The notes beneath the pieces are model-generated. The model was given only the letters and a program-made list of their open reading frames with translations. It was not told where the DNA came from and ran no database searches. This document shows positions 36,253 to 36,295 of a stretch of DNA of 36,295 nt, piece after piece. Positions within the stretch are counted from its first letter, which is position 1, and every line of letters starts with the position of its first letter. Both the position numbers and the translations under genes were made by a program. Source of the stretch: Patescibacteria group bacterium (lineage in GTDB: Bacteria; Patescibacteriota; Minisyncoccia; UBA6257; Colwellbacteraceae); contig JAHJZF010000050.1 of assembly GCA_018826645.1 (NCBI GenBank), positions 1-36,295 on the forward strand. The letters run 5' to 3'.

Positions 36253-36295
36253 GAGAAATATGTAGCTCCGATTATTAGTGTTCCTAGGAATAAAA
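36249..36295 (-). CDS. Possible 3' end of a convergent membrane protein
   Basis: Minus frame reads LFLGTLIIGATYFS*, overlapping the protease stop by 4 nt. Confidence 0.3.
   Translation of the reverse strand, partial: LFLGTLIIGATYFS

Overview
Chromosomal segment of a small-genome bacterium, inferred to be Patescibacteria/CPR (Parcubacteria-like) from its 16S signatures, compact gene packing and type IV pilus locus. It holds a sugar-phosphate cluster (gap, capA-like, rpiB, rpe, split transketolase, pfkB, fba), rplY, a coiled-coil lytic transglycosylase and an rpmE-prfA pair. After these come a GC-rich Thr-rich surface-protein gene, an FN3-repeat surface protein, a stand-alone 16S rRNA gene, a type IV pilus cluster, pth, lepB-hisS-HIT-rpsU-yqeY-ybeY-ftsA-ftsZ, nrdJ and a serine protease. 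The main unexplained signal is a small element family with 13-14 bp terminal inverted repeats (YCCCGTTASAKAC ... GTMTSTAACGGGR). One copy encloses a minimal GIY-YIG nuclease and sits exactly on the rpmE start codon. Two gene-less 63-71 bp copies, each with 4-bp flanking direct repeats, lie at the 16S promoter -35 box and in the 16S 3' trailer. Other palindromic units occur in-frame in L31 and inside 16S V2. The 16S 3' end lacks the anti-Shine-Dalgarno sequence, several genes look leaderless, RF1 lacks domain 1, and FtsZ carries a ~120-aa Lys-rich N-terminal extension. All calls come from reading motifs by eye; no database searches were run.
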